Made by a program: the position numbers and the translations under genes. DNA of 61,831 nt, taken from assembly GCA_018826075.1 (NCBI GenBank), contig JAHKAJ010000012.1, positions 1 through 61,831 of the forward strand, given 5' to 3'. The notes beneath the pieces are model-generated. The model saw nothing but the letters and a program-made list of their open reading frames with translations, had not been told where the DNA came from and did not search any database. The stretch comes from Candidatus Omnitrophota bacterium (GTDB lineage Bacteria; Omnitrophota; Gorgyraeia; Duberdicusellales; 4484-171). Positions 8,225 to 20,608 of the stretch are shown here, one piece after another. The stretch's first letter is position 1, and each line of letters starts with the position of its first letter.

Positions 8225-9495
8225 TTAACCTGCCCCTGATGAATCGTATAGATAACTTGGCCCTTTAACTTTTTTTCCAGAAAACAGGAATTTTTTGATT
8301 TCGACAAAAAAGCCTCTTTTCTGACTACCCACTCTTGGTCCGGAGAAATTACTACAATTTCAGCTGGGCTGCCGACAGATAGTTTACCCTTATCTATGCC
8401 TAAGATTTTAGCCGGATTATAAGAAACCGCTTTAGCTAATTGGAGCCAGCTTAGAATCCCCGGTTCAACTAATTCAGTTATAGCCACGGCCAGCTCTGTC
8501 TCTAGCCCGATTACCCCGAAGGCTGCCCGGTCAAATTCGATATCTTTTTCACTGGAAGCATGCGGAGCGTGGTCTGAAGCAATCGCATCAATAATGCCTT
8601 GGCGCAGCCCCTCTTTGATCGCCTCAAGATCTTCTTTGCCGCGTAGCGGCGGATTCATCTTCATATTGGTATCAAAACCCAGCACTGCTTGGTCACAAAG
8701 TGTAAAGTAATGAGGGGCGGTCTCAGCGCTAACCGCTATTTTTTGTTGTTTTGCCCGGGCAATGATCTCTATTGATTCTTTGCAACTGACGTGGGCAATA
8801 TGGATCCTTGCTCCGGTTTCTTTAGCCAATTCTACATCTCTAGCCACCCGCTTATATTCTGACTCTTTAGAAATACCTTTTAACCCCAAACGGGTTGAAG
8901 TAAACCCCAGGTTTACCGCTCCATCCCCTGAAAGCTTTTTATCCTCAGAGTGGCAGATCACCAGCAACCCACACTTTTTGGCTTCCTGAAAAGCCTTACG
9001 CATCAACTCCAGATCATCGACTGATGACCCATCGTCAGTAATAGCTAAGGCTCCTTTCTTCTTTAAAGCAGTAATATCGCTAAGCTCTAAACCTTCCCGT
9101 TTTTTAGTGATTGTTCCACAGATTAAAACCTCAATGTGGGCAGTTTTTTTTATGATCTGGCTGAGCAACTCGATATGCTCTGGGCTGTCTATCGCCGGAT
9201 TGGTGTTAGGCATGGCTAAAACCGAAGTAACCCCGCCGCGCAGAGCTGCTGTAGTGCCGGAAGCTATGGTTTCTTTGTCCTCCCGGCCGGGTTCTCTTAA
9301 ATGCACATGCATGTCTACCATAGCCGGCATGACGATTTTTCCTTTAGCCTCAATAACTGTATCGGCCGAAGAACCCTGGGCATCGCCCCGGTGGCTGATC
9401 AAGCCATCCTCGATAAGAATATCTCCGATTTGGTCAAAATCACCGTCCGGATCGATTATCCGGCCACCCTTAATTAGAATTCGCTTTTTTGCCAT
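8212..9495 (-). CDS. pyrC: Dihydroorotase (type I)
   Basis: DMHVHLREPG, MPNTNP, HIAHVS, KMNPPLR, IASDHAPH. Confidence 0.96.
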   Translation of the reverse strand: MAKKRILIKGGRIIDPDGDFDQIGDILIEDGLISHRGDAQGSSADTVIEAKGKIVMPAMVDMHVHLREPGREDKETIASGTTAALRGGVTSVLAMPNTNPAIDSPEHIELLSQIIKKTAHIEVLICGTITKKREGLELSDITALKKKGALAITDDGSSVDDLELMRKAFQEAKKCGLLVICHSEDKKLSGDGAVNLGFTSTRLGLKGISKESEYKRVARDVELAKETGARIHIAHVSCKESIEIIARAKQQKIAVSAETAPHYFTLCDQAVLGFDTNMKMNPPLRGKEDLEAIKEGLRQGIIDAIASDHAPHASSEKDIEFDRAAFGVIGLETELAVAITELVEPGILSWLQLAKAVSYNPAKILGIDKGKLSVGSPAEIVVISPDQEWVVRKEAFLSKSKNSCFLEKKLKGQVIYTIHQGQVKWSL

Positions 9496-10414
9496 TTTTT
9501 GCCTGTGCCACTAAAAATAAAACTGCCATTCTTACGGCTATTCCGTTAGTTACCTGTTCTAAGATCACTGAATTTACCCCATCAGCAACCTCGCTGGACA
9601 TCTCAATACCCCGGTTGATTGGCCCGGGGTGCATCACCACAATATCCTTTTTGGCTTTTTGAAGCCTCTCTTCGGTGATCCCGAAAGTTTTAAAATATTC
9701 CCAGGCTTTAGGAAAGGCTCCGGCTTCGTCGCGTTCAAACTGCATCCGCAAAACATTGATCGCGTCAGCCTCACTCAAAGCTTGGTCGAGATCATCAGTG
9801 ACTTTAACGCCGGTTTCCTCTATGCCCGGCGGGATCAACATCAGCGGCGCGCAAAGGGTTACCTTTGCTCCCATTTTAGTTAACCCCCAGATATTGGAAC
9901 GGGCAACCCGGGAATGGGCAATGTCTCCGATAATACTGACCTTTAAACCTTCTATCCTGCCCAGCTTTTCCCTTAAAGTAAAAATATCTAAAAGGGCCTG
10001 GGTAGGATGTTCATGCCAGCCATCACCGGCGTTGATTACATTAGCTTTTAAGTGCCTGGCCAGCATGGCTGCGGCTCCCGAAGCACTATGCCGGACTACA
10101 ATAATATCAGCCTTAAGGGCTTCGATATTTTTACCGGTATCGATCAAAGTCTCGCCTTTTTTGACGCTGGAAACTTCAGCGGCAATATTTATCACATCGG
10201 CCGAAAGCCGCTTAGCCGCCACCTCAAAAGAAACCCGGGTGCGGGTTGAAGGCTCATAAAAAAGATTGACTACGGTTTTTCCGCGCAGAGCCGGAACTTT
10301 TTTTATCTGGCGGCCGGTAACTTCCTTGAATGATGCAGCAGTAGTTAAAATATACTCCAGCTCTTGAAGGCTTAAGCTTTCCAGATCAAGAAGGTCTTTT
10401 CTTTTCCAACGCAT
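9470..10414 (-). CDS. pyrB: Aspartate carbamoyltransferase catalytic subunit
   Basis: FYEPSTRTRVSFE, HEHPTQALLD, HPGPINRG. Confidence 0.97.
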   Translation of the reverse strand: MRWKRKDLLDLESLSLQELEYILTTAASFKEVTGRQIKKVPALRGKTVVNLFYEPSTRTRVSFEVAAKRLSADVINIAAEVSSVKKGETLIDTGKNIEALKADIIVVRHSASGAAAMLARHLKANVINAGDGWHEHPTQALLDIFTLREKLGRIEGLKVSIIGDIAHSRVARSNIWGLTKMGAKVTLCAPLMLIPPGIEETGVKVTDDLDQALSEADAINVLRMQFERDEAGAFPKAWEYFKTFGITEERLQKAKKDIVVMHPGPINRGIEMSSEVADGVNSVILEQVTNGIAVRMAVLFLVAQAKNGKKANSN

Positions 10415-10424
10415 AAGGCTTTAA

Positions 10425-10973
10425 CTATCGTTTATCTTCTTGCCGGTTTATTATCGTGACCTCATCGCTTCCGTCGCTTTCCTGAAATTTGACCTCTACT
10501 GATTCTTCTAAAGATGTAGGGATGTTTTTACCGACAAAATCCGGCCGGATCGGCAACTGCCGGTGGCCGCGGTCGATTAACACTAAAAGCTCTATAGTCT
10601 TAGGCCGGCCGAAATCCATTATCTCATCCAAAGCCGCCCGGATAGTCCGGCCGGTAAAGAGGACGTCGTCGATCAAAACTATTCTTTTATCGTTTAAATC
10701 AAATTCGATATTAGTTTCTTTGACTACCGGGCTTGAACCGATAGCGGTTAAATCATCCCGGTAAAAAGTGATATCTAAAACTCCCAAAGGCATATCCTGG
10801 TTCTTTAATTCTTTTATGGCAGCCTGAATTCTTCTGGCTAAACAAACTCCCCGGGTCTGGATTCCGATCAACACTAAATCTTTGAGGCTTTGATCTCTTT
10901 CTAAAATCTGGTGGGTCAGTCTCTGGATGGCCTTTCGAACCTCTTGCGACGAAAGTATTATTTTTGCCTCCAT
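10425..10973 (-). CDS. pyrR: Bifunctional pyrimidine regulatory protein / UPRTase
   Basis: GIQTRG, LDITFYRDDL, VLIDDVLFTGRTIRAALD, DRGHRQLPIRPDFVGKN. Start moved to ATG 10973, below the attenuator. Confidence 0.96.
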   Translation of the reverse strand: MEAKIILSSQEVRKAIQRLTHQILERDQSLKDLVLIGIQTRGVCLARRIQAAIKELKNQDMPLGVLDITFYRDDLTAIGSSPVVKETNIEFDLNDKRIVLIDDVLFTGRTIRAALDEIMDFGRPKTIELLVLIDRGHRQLPIRPDFVGKNIPTSLEESVEVKFQESDGSDEVTIINRQEDKR

Positions 10974-10991
10974 GGCTAGCTGGTTTCTCCC

Positions 10992-11032
10992 AAAAAACAA
11001 TACCCGTTCCAACTAAGGGTTAGAACGGGTAT
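10992..11032 (-). terminator. Intrinsic terminator of the pyr leader
   Basis: Minus strand ATACCCGTTC-loop-GAACGGGTAT followed by TGTTTTTT. Confidence 0.85.
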
Positions 11033-11060
11033 CGGATTTTTGCTTATTATTTTCATATCA

Positions 11061-11094
11061 GTCCTTGCTGGCCTCTCAGGACCAGCTTAAAGGC
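11061..11094 (-). promoter_or_regulatory. PyrR-binding RNA stem-loop (attenuator)
   Basis: GCCTTTAAGCTGGTCCTGAGAGGCCAGCAAGGAC matches the CUUUAA...UCCNGNGAGG PyrR binding-loop pattern and sits directly upstream of pyrR. Confidence 0.88.
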
Positions 11095-11100
11095 TATATA

Positions 11101-11129
11101 CTTATATACCTTATAGACTTGCCTGTCAA
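11101..11129 (-). promoter_or_regulatory. Sigma70-type promoter for the pyr leader
   Basis: TTGACA-17 bp-TATAAG ending just before the PyrR loop. Confidence 0.7.
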
Positions 11130-11138
11130 GGCCGATCT

Positions 11139-11822
11139 CTACTTATGCCTTTCGGCCGGCTCTTGGCCAGGAATAATCACCACCATCTCACCCTTAGGGG
11201 GTTTACTACTAAAATAAGCTAAAAGATCTCCAGGGCTAGCTTCTCGAATCTCCTCAAATTTTTTAGTCATCTCCCGGGCAACTGCTACTTTCCGGTTGCC
11301 AAAAACTTCTCTGATAATTCCCAAAGATTTGATCAGCCGGTAGGGAGATTCTAAAAAAACAACCGTTACCTCCCAGCCTTTGACCTCCTCGAGAAGCCTT
11401 TGGCACGCGCTTTTCTTGCGCGGCAAATAACCCAGAAAAACGAACTTCTCATGAGGTAAAGAAGTCAAAGCTATTGCATTGATCAGACTTGAAGCCCCGG
11501 GCAAAGAGGTAACCGGCAAGTTTTGTTTTCGGCACTCTCTTATCAGCTTATAGCCGGGGTCGGAAATCGTGGGAGTTCCAGCCGAAGAAACCAAAGCTAT
11601 ATTTTGCTCTTTCTTTAATCCCTCGACCACCTGGGGTATTTTTCTTAGCTCATTGTGTTCAAAAAAACTGATTAAAGGCTTCTTGATATTAAAATGCTGG
11701 AGCAGCAGGCCGGTCTTTCGGGTATCTTCGCAAAGGATTAAATCAACTTCCCCTAATATGCGCACAGCCCTTAAGGTGATGTCTTCTAAGTTCCCGATCG
11801 GGGTTGCTACTAGATAAAGCAT
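11139..11822 (-). CDS. rsmI: 16S rRNA (cytidine-2'-O)-methyltransferase
   Basis: LYLVATPIGNLEDIT, CEDTRKT, AGTPTISDPG, ESPYRL, REMTKKFEE. Confidence 0.96.
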   Translation of the reverse strand: MLYLVATPIGNLEDITLRAVRILGEVDLILCEDTRKTGLLLQHFNIKKPLISFFEHNELRKIPQVVEGLKKEQNIALVSSAGTPTISDPGYKLIRECRKQNLPVTSLPGASSLINAIALTSLPHEKFVFLGYLPRKKSACQRLLEEVKGWEVTVVFLESPYRLIKSLGIIREVFGNRKVAVAREMTKKFEEIREASPGDLLAYFSSKPPKGEMVVIIPGQEPAERHK

Positions 11823-13651
11823 TATTCAACCGTAACTGATTTGGCCAGGTTGCGTGGCTGGTCTATTTCGCAGCCTAAGTTTTTAGCTACAAAATAAGCA
11901 AACAACTGCGTAGCTACTGCCACTAAAAGCGGGTTTAAATCCGGGTTGACGACTCCCGGCAGGTAAATCACAGCATCGCTCAAAGTACTGATCATGCTGT
12001 CGGTAGGATTTAAAATTGCTAAGACTTTGCCTTTACGCGCTTTTATCTCCTGAACATTAGAAAACATTTTCTCGTAAAGTTCGTCCTGGACAGCGATGCA
12101 GACCACTGCCCGGTATTCGTCGATCAAAGCGATCGGGCCATGCTTCATCTCGCCGGCAGGATAACCTTCAGCCGGGATATAAGAGATCTCCTTTAATTTG
12201 AGTGCGCCTTCCAGGGCTGAAGGGTAATTGATTCCCCGGCCAAGGAACAAAAACGACCCGAATTTAGAAAACCGGCCGGCGATTTTCTTTACCTTTAAAC
12301 TAGACCGTAAAATAGTCTCCTGAAGATGCGGAATGCGGCGCAGCTCTTTTAAAACCTCGGCAGCTAAACTGGTTTTCAAACTCCCCTTGATTCTGCCTAA
12401 ATATAAACAAAAAAGATAGAGACAGAAAATCTGGGCGGTGTAGGCTTTAGTTGAAGCAACCCCGATTTCCGGACCAGCTAAAGTAGGGATAATCCCGTGG
12501 CTTTCTTTAGCCAGGCTTGAGCCTAAGACATTGCAAACACTTAGAACCTTAGCCCCCTCTTTTTTTGCCTGTCTTACTGCCGCCAAGGTATCGGCTGTCT
12601 CTCCGGATTGAGAAATCGCGATCAATAGATCGCCTTGGTTTAAAGCCAGGCTTCGGTAACGGAATTCCGAAGAAGTATCAATCTCAACGCTGATCCGGCA
12701 ATACTTTTCCAGAAAATATTTAGCCGCGTACCCGGCGTGGTAAGCGGTTCCGCAAGCAGTAATGTATACTTTCTTTACCTTTTTCAGATACCCATCCTTA
12801 AGCCCCAAACCGGGAAAACTTACTTTCCCTCGGGATGAGTAAACCGAAAGGAGCCTCTTGAGTACTGCCGGCTGCTCGTTGATTTCCTTAAGCATGAAAT
12901 GCTCGTAACCCTTTTTCCCGGCTTCCTCGGGTTTGATGTCGACTTTTTTAAACCTAAGCCTGACCGGCTTGCTTTTAAAATTAAAAACATTGATTTTTTT
13001 GGAAGTGATCACTGCTATCTGCTGCTCATCAAGGTAGGCGGCTTTCTGGGCAAAATTAAGTATGGCCGGAAGGTCGGAAGTCAGAAAATTACCTCTGGGC
13101 CCGGTTCCGACAATCAACGGGCTGGCCTGGCGGACAGCAATAATTTTGTCCGGTTCTTCCAGAGAGGCGATGCCCAGGGCAAACGACCCTTTGAGTTCTT
13201 TTACGGTTTTAACTACTGCGGCTAAAAGAGAATTTTTATAAAATTCCTCGATAAGGTGGGCGATGACTTCGCTGTCGGTCTGACTTGAAAATCTATGGCC
13301 TTTTTTAATAAGACTCTGCTTTAATTCTAAAAAGTTCTCGATTATCCCGTTGTGCGCTACAACTATTTTTTTTTCGCAATCCAGATGCGGATGGCAGTTA
13401 GCCCAGTTGGGTTCTCCATGAGTGGCCCAGCGGGTATGTAGCAAGGCTAAAGAAGTTACTTTTTTCTCGGTACTTTTTAAATCCTTTCTCAGTTGGTTGA
13501 TCTTCCCAGCCCGCTTTTTTAGAAAAAGCTTCTGGCCATCCAAACTGGCGATGCCGCAGGAATCATAGCCACGGTACTCAAGGCGGCTAAGCCCGTAGAC
13601 CAGTTCAGAAAAACTTAAACCGCTTCCTACATAACCAAAAATACCGCACAT
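11822..13651 (-). CDS. glmS: Glutamine--fructose-6-phosphate transaminase
   Basis: MCGIFG, LEYRGYDS, HTRWATHG, SQSGETADT, GEMKHGPIAL, PRNLAKSVTVE. Confidence 0.98.
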   Translation of the reverse strand: MCGIFGYVGSGLSFSELVYGLSRLEYRGYDSCGIASLDGQKLFLKKRAGKINQLRKDLKSTEKKVTSLALLHTRWATHGEPNWANCHPHLDCEKKIVVAHNGIIENFLELKQSLIKKGHRFSSQTDSEVIAHLIEEFYKNSLLAAVVKTVKELKGSFALGIASLEEPDKIIAVRQASPLIVGTGPRGNFLTSDLPAILNFAQKAAYLDEQQIAVITSKKINVFNFKSKPVRLRFKKVDIKPEEAGKKGYEHFMLKEINEQPAVLKRLLSVYSSRGKVSFPGLGLKDGYLKKVKKVYITACGTAYHAGYAAKYFLEKYCRISVEIDTSSEFRYRSLALNQGDLLIAISQSGETADTLAAVRQAKKEGAKVLSVCNVLGSSLAKESHGIIPTLAGPEIGVASTKAYTAQIFCLYLFCLYLGRIKGSLKTSLAAEVLKELRRIPHLQETILRSSLKVKKIAGRFSKFGSFLFLGRGINYPSALEGALKLKEISYIPAEGYPAGEMKHGPIALIDEYRAVVCIAVQDELYEKMFSNVQEIKARKGKVLAILNPTDSMISTLSDAVIYLPGVVNPDLNPLLVAVATQLFAYFVAKNLGCEIDQPRNLAKSVTVE

Positions 13652-13657
13652 CGTGTT

Positions 13658-14149
13658 TTAATCTCCTGGTTTTTCCTGCCGCGGCAAACCCTGCCTGACG
13701 GCAGGTAGGCCTCTGAAATATCCTTCGACATTTTTATTGGTCAAATAAACGATCAGTATGCCGGGATAGATTATCTGCACAAAGGCCTGCCGGACAACGC
13801 CTCGGTTAAAAAGAGCCGCGGCAAAAGTCAACAAGACTACAAAAAAAGAAAAATAGACTGTGGCTTTGCGGGCGGCTTCTTTGCCTAAAAGCAAGCCCAG
13901 ACCGGTTAAGGCAAAAACTGCCGATACTCCCATTTGGATCAAAATCACTTTCTTGACTACCTCCACCTCTGGTTGAGCCCCGAAATATTTAGCCATCTCG
14001 GCCAAAAGAGCGGTAAACGTCTGGGAGTCGCTGCGAAAGTATAAAGAAGACAAAACCAGAAGCGACCCTAGACCCAAAATCAAAAAATTTAATCCTCCCA
14101 AAACCAACACTCCGGCTGGACGATTTTCTTTTTTGTTTATTTCTTTCAT
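13658..14149 (-). CDS. Hypothetical 4-TM membrane protein
   Basis: Hydrophobic helices and co-directional packing with glmS. The C-terminus contains a palindromic repeat. Confidence 0.7.
   Translation of the reverse strand: MKEINKKENRPAGVLVLGGLNFLILGLGSLLVLSSLYFRSDSQTFTALLAEMAKYFGAQPEVEVVKKVILIQMGVSAVFALTGLGLLLGKEAARKATVYFSFFVVLLTFAAALFNRGVVRQAFVQIIYPGILIVYLTNKNVEGYFRGLPAVRQGLPRQEKPGD
13690..13709. repeat. Short palindromic repeat inside a coding 3' end
   Basis: CCTGCC-TGAC-GGCAGG-TAGG, translated as LPAVRQ. Confidence 0.6.
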
Positions 14150-14173
14150 TCAACTACCGCCTTAAAAACAAAA

Positions 14174-14248
14174 CGACCCCAGCCGGATTTGAACCGGCGT
14201 CGTCGCCGTGAAAGGGCGATGTCCTAGGCCGGGCTAGACGATGGGGTC
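14174..14248 (-). tRNA. tRNA-Glu(TTC)
   Basis: GACCCCA acceptor stem, TCGCC-CT TTC AC-GGCGA anticodon arm, GGTTCAAATCC T-arm. Confidence 0.95.
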
Positions 14249-14267
14249 GTTACTTGAAATCTTGCCT

Positions 14268-14295
14268 ATTGTAATTGTCTAAGCTATTTTGTCAA
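14268..14295 (-). promoter_or_regulatory. Promoter for tRNA-Glu
   Basis: TTGACA-16 bp-TACAAT. Confidence 0.6.
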
Positions 14296-14311
14296 TAAAC
14301 TTCCCGCTGTT

Positions 14312-16753
14312 TTATTCTTCGGGGATAACCCGCGCCGTAGTCGCTAATTTATCGGCCTTCTCTAAATTGATTACTCTGACTCCTTGAGTGGAGCGCCCGG
14401 AAGCCCGGATATCACCGGCTTTTATCCGGATCAGGATCCCTTTTTGAGTAATACAGACCACTTCATCTTCAACCTTGACTAAAAGGAGGCCTGCGACTGC
14501 TCCGATTTTAGCCGATAACTTTATATTAGTCACACCTTTGCCTCCGCGCGACTGGATACGATATTCTTCGACATGAGTGCGTTTAGCAAACCCGTTCTCA
14601 GTGGCGGTGAGAAGGTAGACATCTTCTTTTTTCAGTTTAGTCTCCAGCAAAACCATCCCCAAAACCATATCGCCTTTAACCAATTTTATTCCTCTCACTC
14701 CTTGAGACTGCCTGCCGGTAGGCCTTACTTCTTTTACTACAAAATGTATCGACAATCCTTTTCGGGTTGCTAAAATTGTTTCGTCCTTTTCCTGGGCTAG
14801 GCTTGCTCCGATAAGCCGATCACCATCTTCCAGAGTAATCGCTAAAATGCCGCTCTTGCGGGCATTAGCAAAAAGTTCTAACGACGTCCGCTTAACCATC
14901 CCGTTTTGGGTAGACATAAAAATATAAGAATCGGGGGTGAACTCTTTTACTGATAAAACCGTAGTCGTCATTTCTTTGTTGTTTAAATTTAAAACGTTAA
15001 CAATCGCTCTCCCTTTAGAAACCCGGGAACCTTGTGGCACTTCATAGGTTTTTAAAGGGTAGGCCTTACCCTGGTCGGTAAAAATCAGTAAGGTGTCTTT
15101 GCTGGAAGCCACAAAGAGATGCTCAACGAAATCCTCATCGGACATAGACATGGCAGTAACCCCGCGGCCTCCGCGGCGCTGCTGGCGGTAGCTGCTTAGG
15201 GGCATACGCTTGATGTAGCCGCCTTTGCTGATAGTAACTACCATCTCTTCCTCCACGATCAGATCTTCCACCTCGATCTCTTCCTTCTGGGCAACTATCT
15301 CTGTACGCCGAGGGTCGGCGAATTTATCTTTAAGGTCCTTTAGCTCCTCTTTAATCAAAGCTTCTTGTTTCTTTTCCGAAGCAAGTATCCCTTTTAGATA
15401 TTCTATTCTTTTTAAAAGCTCCAGGTACTCGTCTTCTATTTTTTGCCGCTCCAGAGCGCAAAGCCGCTGTAATTGCATTTCCAAAATCGCCTGGGCCTGG
15501 GCTTCGCTCAATTTAAACTTCTTGATCAGAGCCGCCTTTGCCTCTTGAGGATTTTTTGACTTCCTGATCGTCTCGACAACCTGATCGAGAAATTTAAGGG
15601 CTATTTTTAACCCTTCCAAAATATGGGCTCTTTTTTCAGCCTTGTCCAGATCAAATTGAGCCCGGCGGACAATGACTTCTTTGCGAAAATGGATATGGTG
15701 GCTAAGCATTTCTTTGAGATTTAATATCTGGGGTTTGCGGTTAAGCAGGCAAAGAAAAATTGCGCCGTAAGTAGTCTCCATGCTAGTGTGCTTATAGAGC
15801 TGGTTCAGCACAATATCGGCTTGGGTATCGCGTTTTAGTTCCACCACTATCCTAATTCCTTCTTTGTCGGATTCGTCGCGAAGATCAGAAATACCTTCTA
15901 TCCTTTTATCATTAATCACGTTAGCGATTTGCTCCATGAGCGTAGTTTTATTTAGCTGATAAGGGATTTCGCTGACGATAACTTGATTTTTACTTTTTTG
16001 AACCTCGATAGTGGCTTTAGCCCGCACAGTGAGCTTGCCCCGGCCGTCTTTATACATATTAAGGATGTCTGTCTTGCCGCAGATGATGCCGCCGGTGGGG
16101 AAATCCGGACCTTTGACATATTGGTGGAGTTCTTTTATCGAGGCGTCGGGGTGGTCGAGAAGATAACCTAAAGCATTGCATACTTCTTCCAAATTATGCG
16201 GCGGCATATTAGTAGCCATACCTACGGCAATGCCGCTAGCCCCATTGATCAACATGTTCGGCAACACCGACGGTAAGACTTCCGGTTCAGTCAGAGAGTT
16301 GTCGAAGTTGGGGAAAAAATTAACCGTCTTCTTTTCTATGTCTTGAAGAATACTGTCAGCGATCCGCGACATCCTGGCTTCGGAATACCGCATGGCTGCC
16401 GGCGGATCTCCATCGATCGAACCAAAGTTACCCTGCCCGTCGATCACCGGATAACGCAAAGAAAAATTCTGGGCCATTCGCACCAAAGCTTCGTAAACCG
16501 CGATGTCTCCGTGGGGATGATATTTACCTAAAGTTTCCCCTACTATTCTGGCGCACTTTTTATGGGCTTGATTATAGCGCAGATGTAAATCGTGCATGGC
16601 GTAGAGGATTCTCCGCTGAACCGGCTTAAGCCCATCTCGTATGTCCGGCAGAGCCCTGCCGACGATTACGCTCATGGCGTAAGAAAGGTAAGACTCTTTC
16701 ATCTCCTCTTCAAGGTATCTATTGATAATTTTTTCTTTTATTATCTCAGCCAT
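14312..16753 (-). CDS. gyrA: DNA gyrase subunit A
   Basis: [24 protein letters not shown] active site, GyrA-box QRRGGRG, beta-pinwheel repeats. Confidence 0.98.
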   Translation of the reverse strand: MAEIIKEKIINRYLEEEMKESYLSYAMSVIVGRALPDIRDGLKPVQRRILYAMHDLHLRYNQAHKKCARIVGETLGKYHPHGDIAVYEALVRMAQNFSLRYPVIDGQGNFGSIDGDPPAAMRYSEARMSRIADSILQDIEKKTVNFFPNFDNSLTEPEVLPSVLPNMLINGASGIAVGMATNMPPHNLEEVCNALGYLLDHPDASIKELHQYVKGPDFPTGGIICGKTDILNMYKDGRGKLTVRAKATIEVQKSKNQVIVSEIPYQLNKTTLMEQIANVINDKRIEGISDLRDESDKEGIRIVVELKRDTQADIVLNQLYKHTSMETTYGAIFLCLLNRKPQILNLKEMLSHHIHFRKEVIVRRAQFDLDKAEKRAHILEGLKIALKFLDQVVETIRKSKNPQEAKAALIKKFKLSEAQAQAILEMQLQRLCALERQKIEDEYLELLKRIEYLKGILASEKKQEALIKEELKDLKDKFADPRRTEIVAQKEEIEVEDLIVEEEMVVTISKGGYIKRMPLSSYRQQRRGGRGVTAMSMSDEDFVEHLFVASSKDTLLIFTDQGKAYPLKTYEVPQGSRVSKGRAIVNVLNLNNKEMTTTVLSVKEFTPDSYIFMSTQNGMVKRTSLELFANARKSGILAITLEDGDRLIGASLAQEKDETILATRKGLSIHFVVKEVRPTGRQSQGVRGIKLVKGDMVLGMVLLETKLKKEDVYLLTATENGFAKRTHVEEYRIQSRGGKGVTNIKLSAKIGAVAGLLLVKVEDEVVCITQKGILIRIKAGDIRASGRSTQGVRVINLEKADKLATTARVIPEE

Positions 16754-16780
16754 TGTTCCTTGTTTTTACCGAGAAGCGCA

Positions 16781-19410
<2,630 letters not shown>

Positions 19411-19415
19411 AAAAT

Positions 19416-20513
19416 TTAAATTTTGATTGGTAATAGTAAATAGACATACCCTTCTTTTTTTAACACCGCCGGTTTATCTGTACCAAAAAAATTGATGGTT
19501 ATGGTTTCGTCTTCAAGATTTTTTAACGCATCGATTAAATACCCTGGGTTAAACCCGATCTCCAACCCGGCGCCGTTGTAGCCTACACCGATTTCTTCCT
19601 TTACTTCACCTAATTGTGGTGTGTTTTTCCAAACTATTAGATTATCTTTTTTTAAAGTTAGGGTGACTCCTTGGTGGTCTTGAGTGGATAAAAGGCTGGC
19701 TCTTCGTAAAGCAAAGAGTAAATTTTTACGGTTAATAGTCAGTACATCTTTGTTTTCGGTTGGGATATATTGCGAATAGTTGGGAAATTCACCCTCTAAT
19801 GTCCGGGCGATAAATTGAGTTTCTTTAAGGTTAAATTCGACAGCGTTGTTGTTGACTGATAAATAAATTTCTCCGTTATGCTCTTTGACTAGTTTATGGA
19901 GTTCGATTATAGCTTTTATTGGTAGAATAAAAGAGATCTTTTCTTTTAATTCTGGTTGGTTGATTGGGAGTGGTTTTTGGGTAACCGCTAAGCGTTTGCC
20001 GTCGGTTGAAACTAGGGTTATTTGGTTTTTTTCTATTTCAAATAGGACCCCCGAAAGAACATAACTAACGTCTTCCTGCCCCACCGCGAACGATGTTAGT
20101 TTGATCATTTCTTCCAGCTCTTGGGAAATAAGTTTAATTAAAGATGCGTTTTTGTTCTCTGGTGGTTTAGGAAATTCCTCATTATTAAGTGTGTTTATTT
20201 TAAACTCAACTTTTCCACACTTTATTAAGAGGTTGTTTTTAACAGTTTCAATGGATACTTCTTGTGGTGGCAACTCTCGGATAACAGAAAAAAACCGTTT
20301 CATTGGGATAACTACTTGGCCGGGGGTTGATTCGTTGGTTTTTTGTGAAGAAATTACTGTTATATCTAGATCGGTTGTTGTAAACACAACCACATTGTTG
20401 ACGGTTGTGATTAAAACACTAGTTAAAACAGGGAAGTTTTGTTTTGTAGTTGTCGGTCCAAAAACTCTCTGCAGGTTTTCTACTAAGATATCTTTATTAA
20501 GAATAAATTTCAT
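19416..20513 (-). CDS. dnaN: DNA polymerase III beta clamp
   Basis: TTDLDI, VSTDGKRLA, EGEFPNY, IGFNPGYLID, YLLLPIKI. Confidence 0.96.
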   Translation of the reverse strand: MKFILNKDILVENLQRVFGPTTTKQNFPVLTSVLITTVNNVVVFTTTDLDITVISSQKTNESTPGQVVIPMKRFFSVIRELPPQEVSIETVKNNLLIKCGKVEFKINTLNNEEFPKPPENKNASLIKLISQELEEMIKLTSFAVGQEDVSYVLSGVLFEIEKNQITLVSTDGKRLAVTQKPLPINQPELKEKISFILPIKAIIELHKLVKEHNGEIYLSVNNNAVEFNLKETQFIARTLEGEFPNYSQYIPTENKDVLTINRKNLLFALRRASLLSTQDHQGVTLTLKKDNLIVWKNTPQLGEVKEEIGVGYNGAGLEIGFNPGYLIDALKNLEDETITINFFGTDKPAVLKKEGYVYLLLPIKI

Positions 20514-20600
20514 AGTAGTAGTATTAGTATGGTCTGTTTAAACTGTTAATGAGTGGATATTGTATCAAATCCCAAAAGAAAAACAAATCTTTTATTCACA
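20513..20600. other. oriC unwinding element (DnaA box plus DnaA-trio array)
   Basis: TTATTCACA at 20592-20600 and TAGTAGTAGTATTAGTAT at 20513-20530, in the dnaA-dnaN gap. Confidence 0.7.
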
Positions 20601-20608
20601 ACAACCTT

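Noticed and set aside
10974-11012. ORF-track N-terminal extension of pyrR
   Set aside because: It overlaps the attenuator terminator; ATG 10973 fits the family.
13652-13657. glmS ribozyme upstream of glmS
   Set aside because: Only 6 bp of intergenic space.
14708-14723. CTGCCTGCCGGTAGGC in gyrA resembling the CCTGCC repeat
   Set aside because: It encodes the normal pinwheel motif (RPTGRQ) with no length change, so it is likely coincidental.
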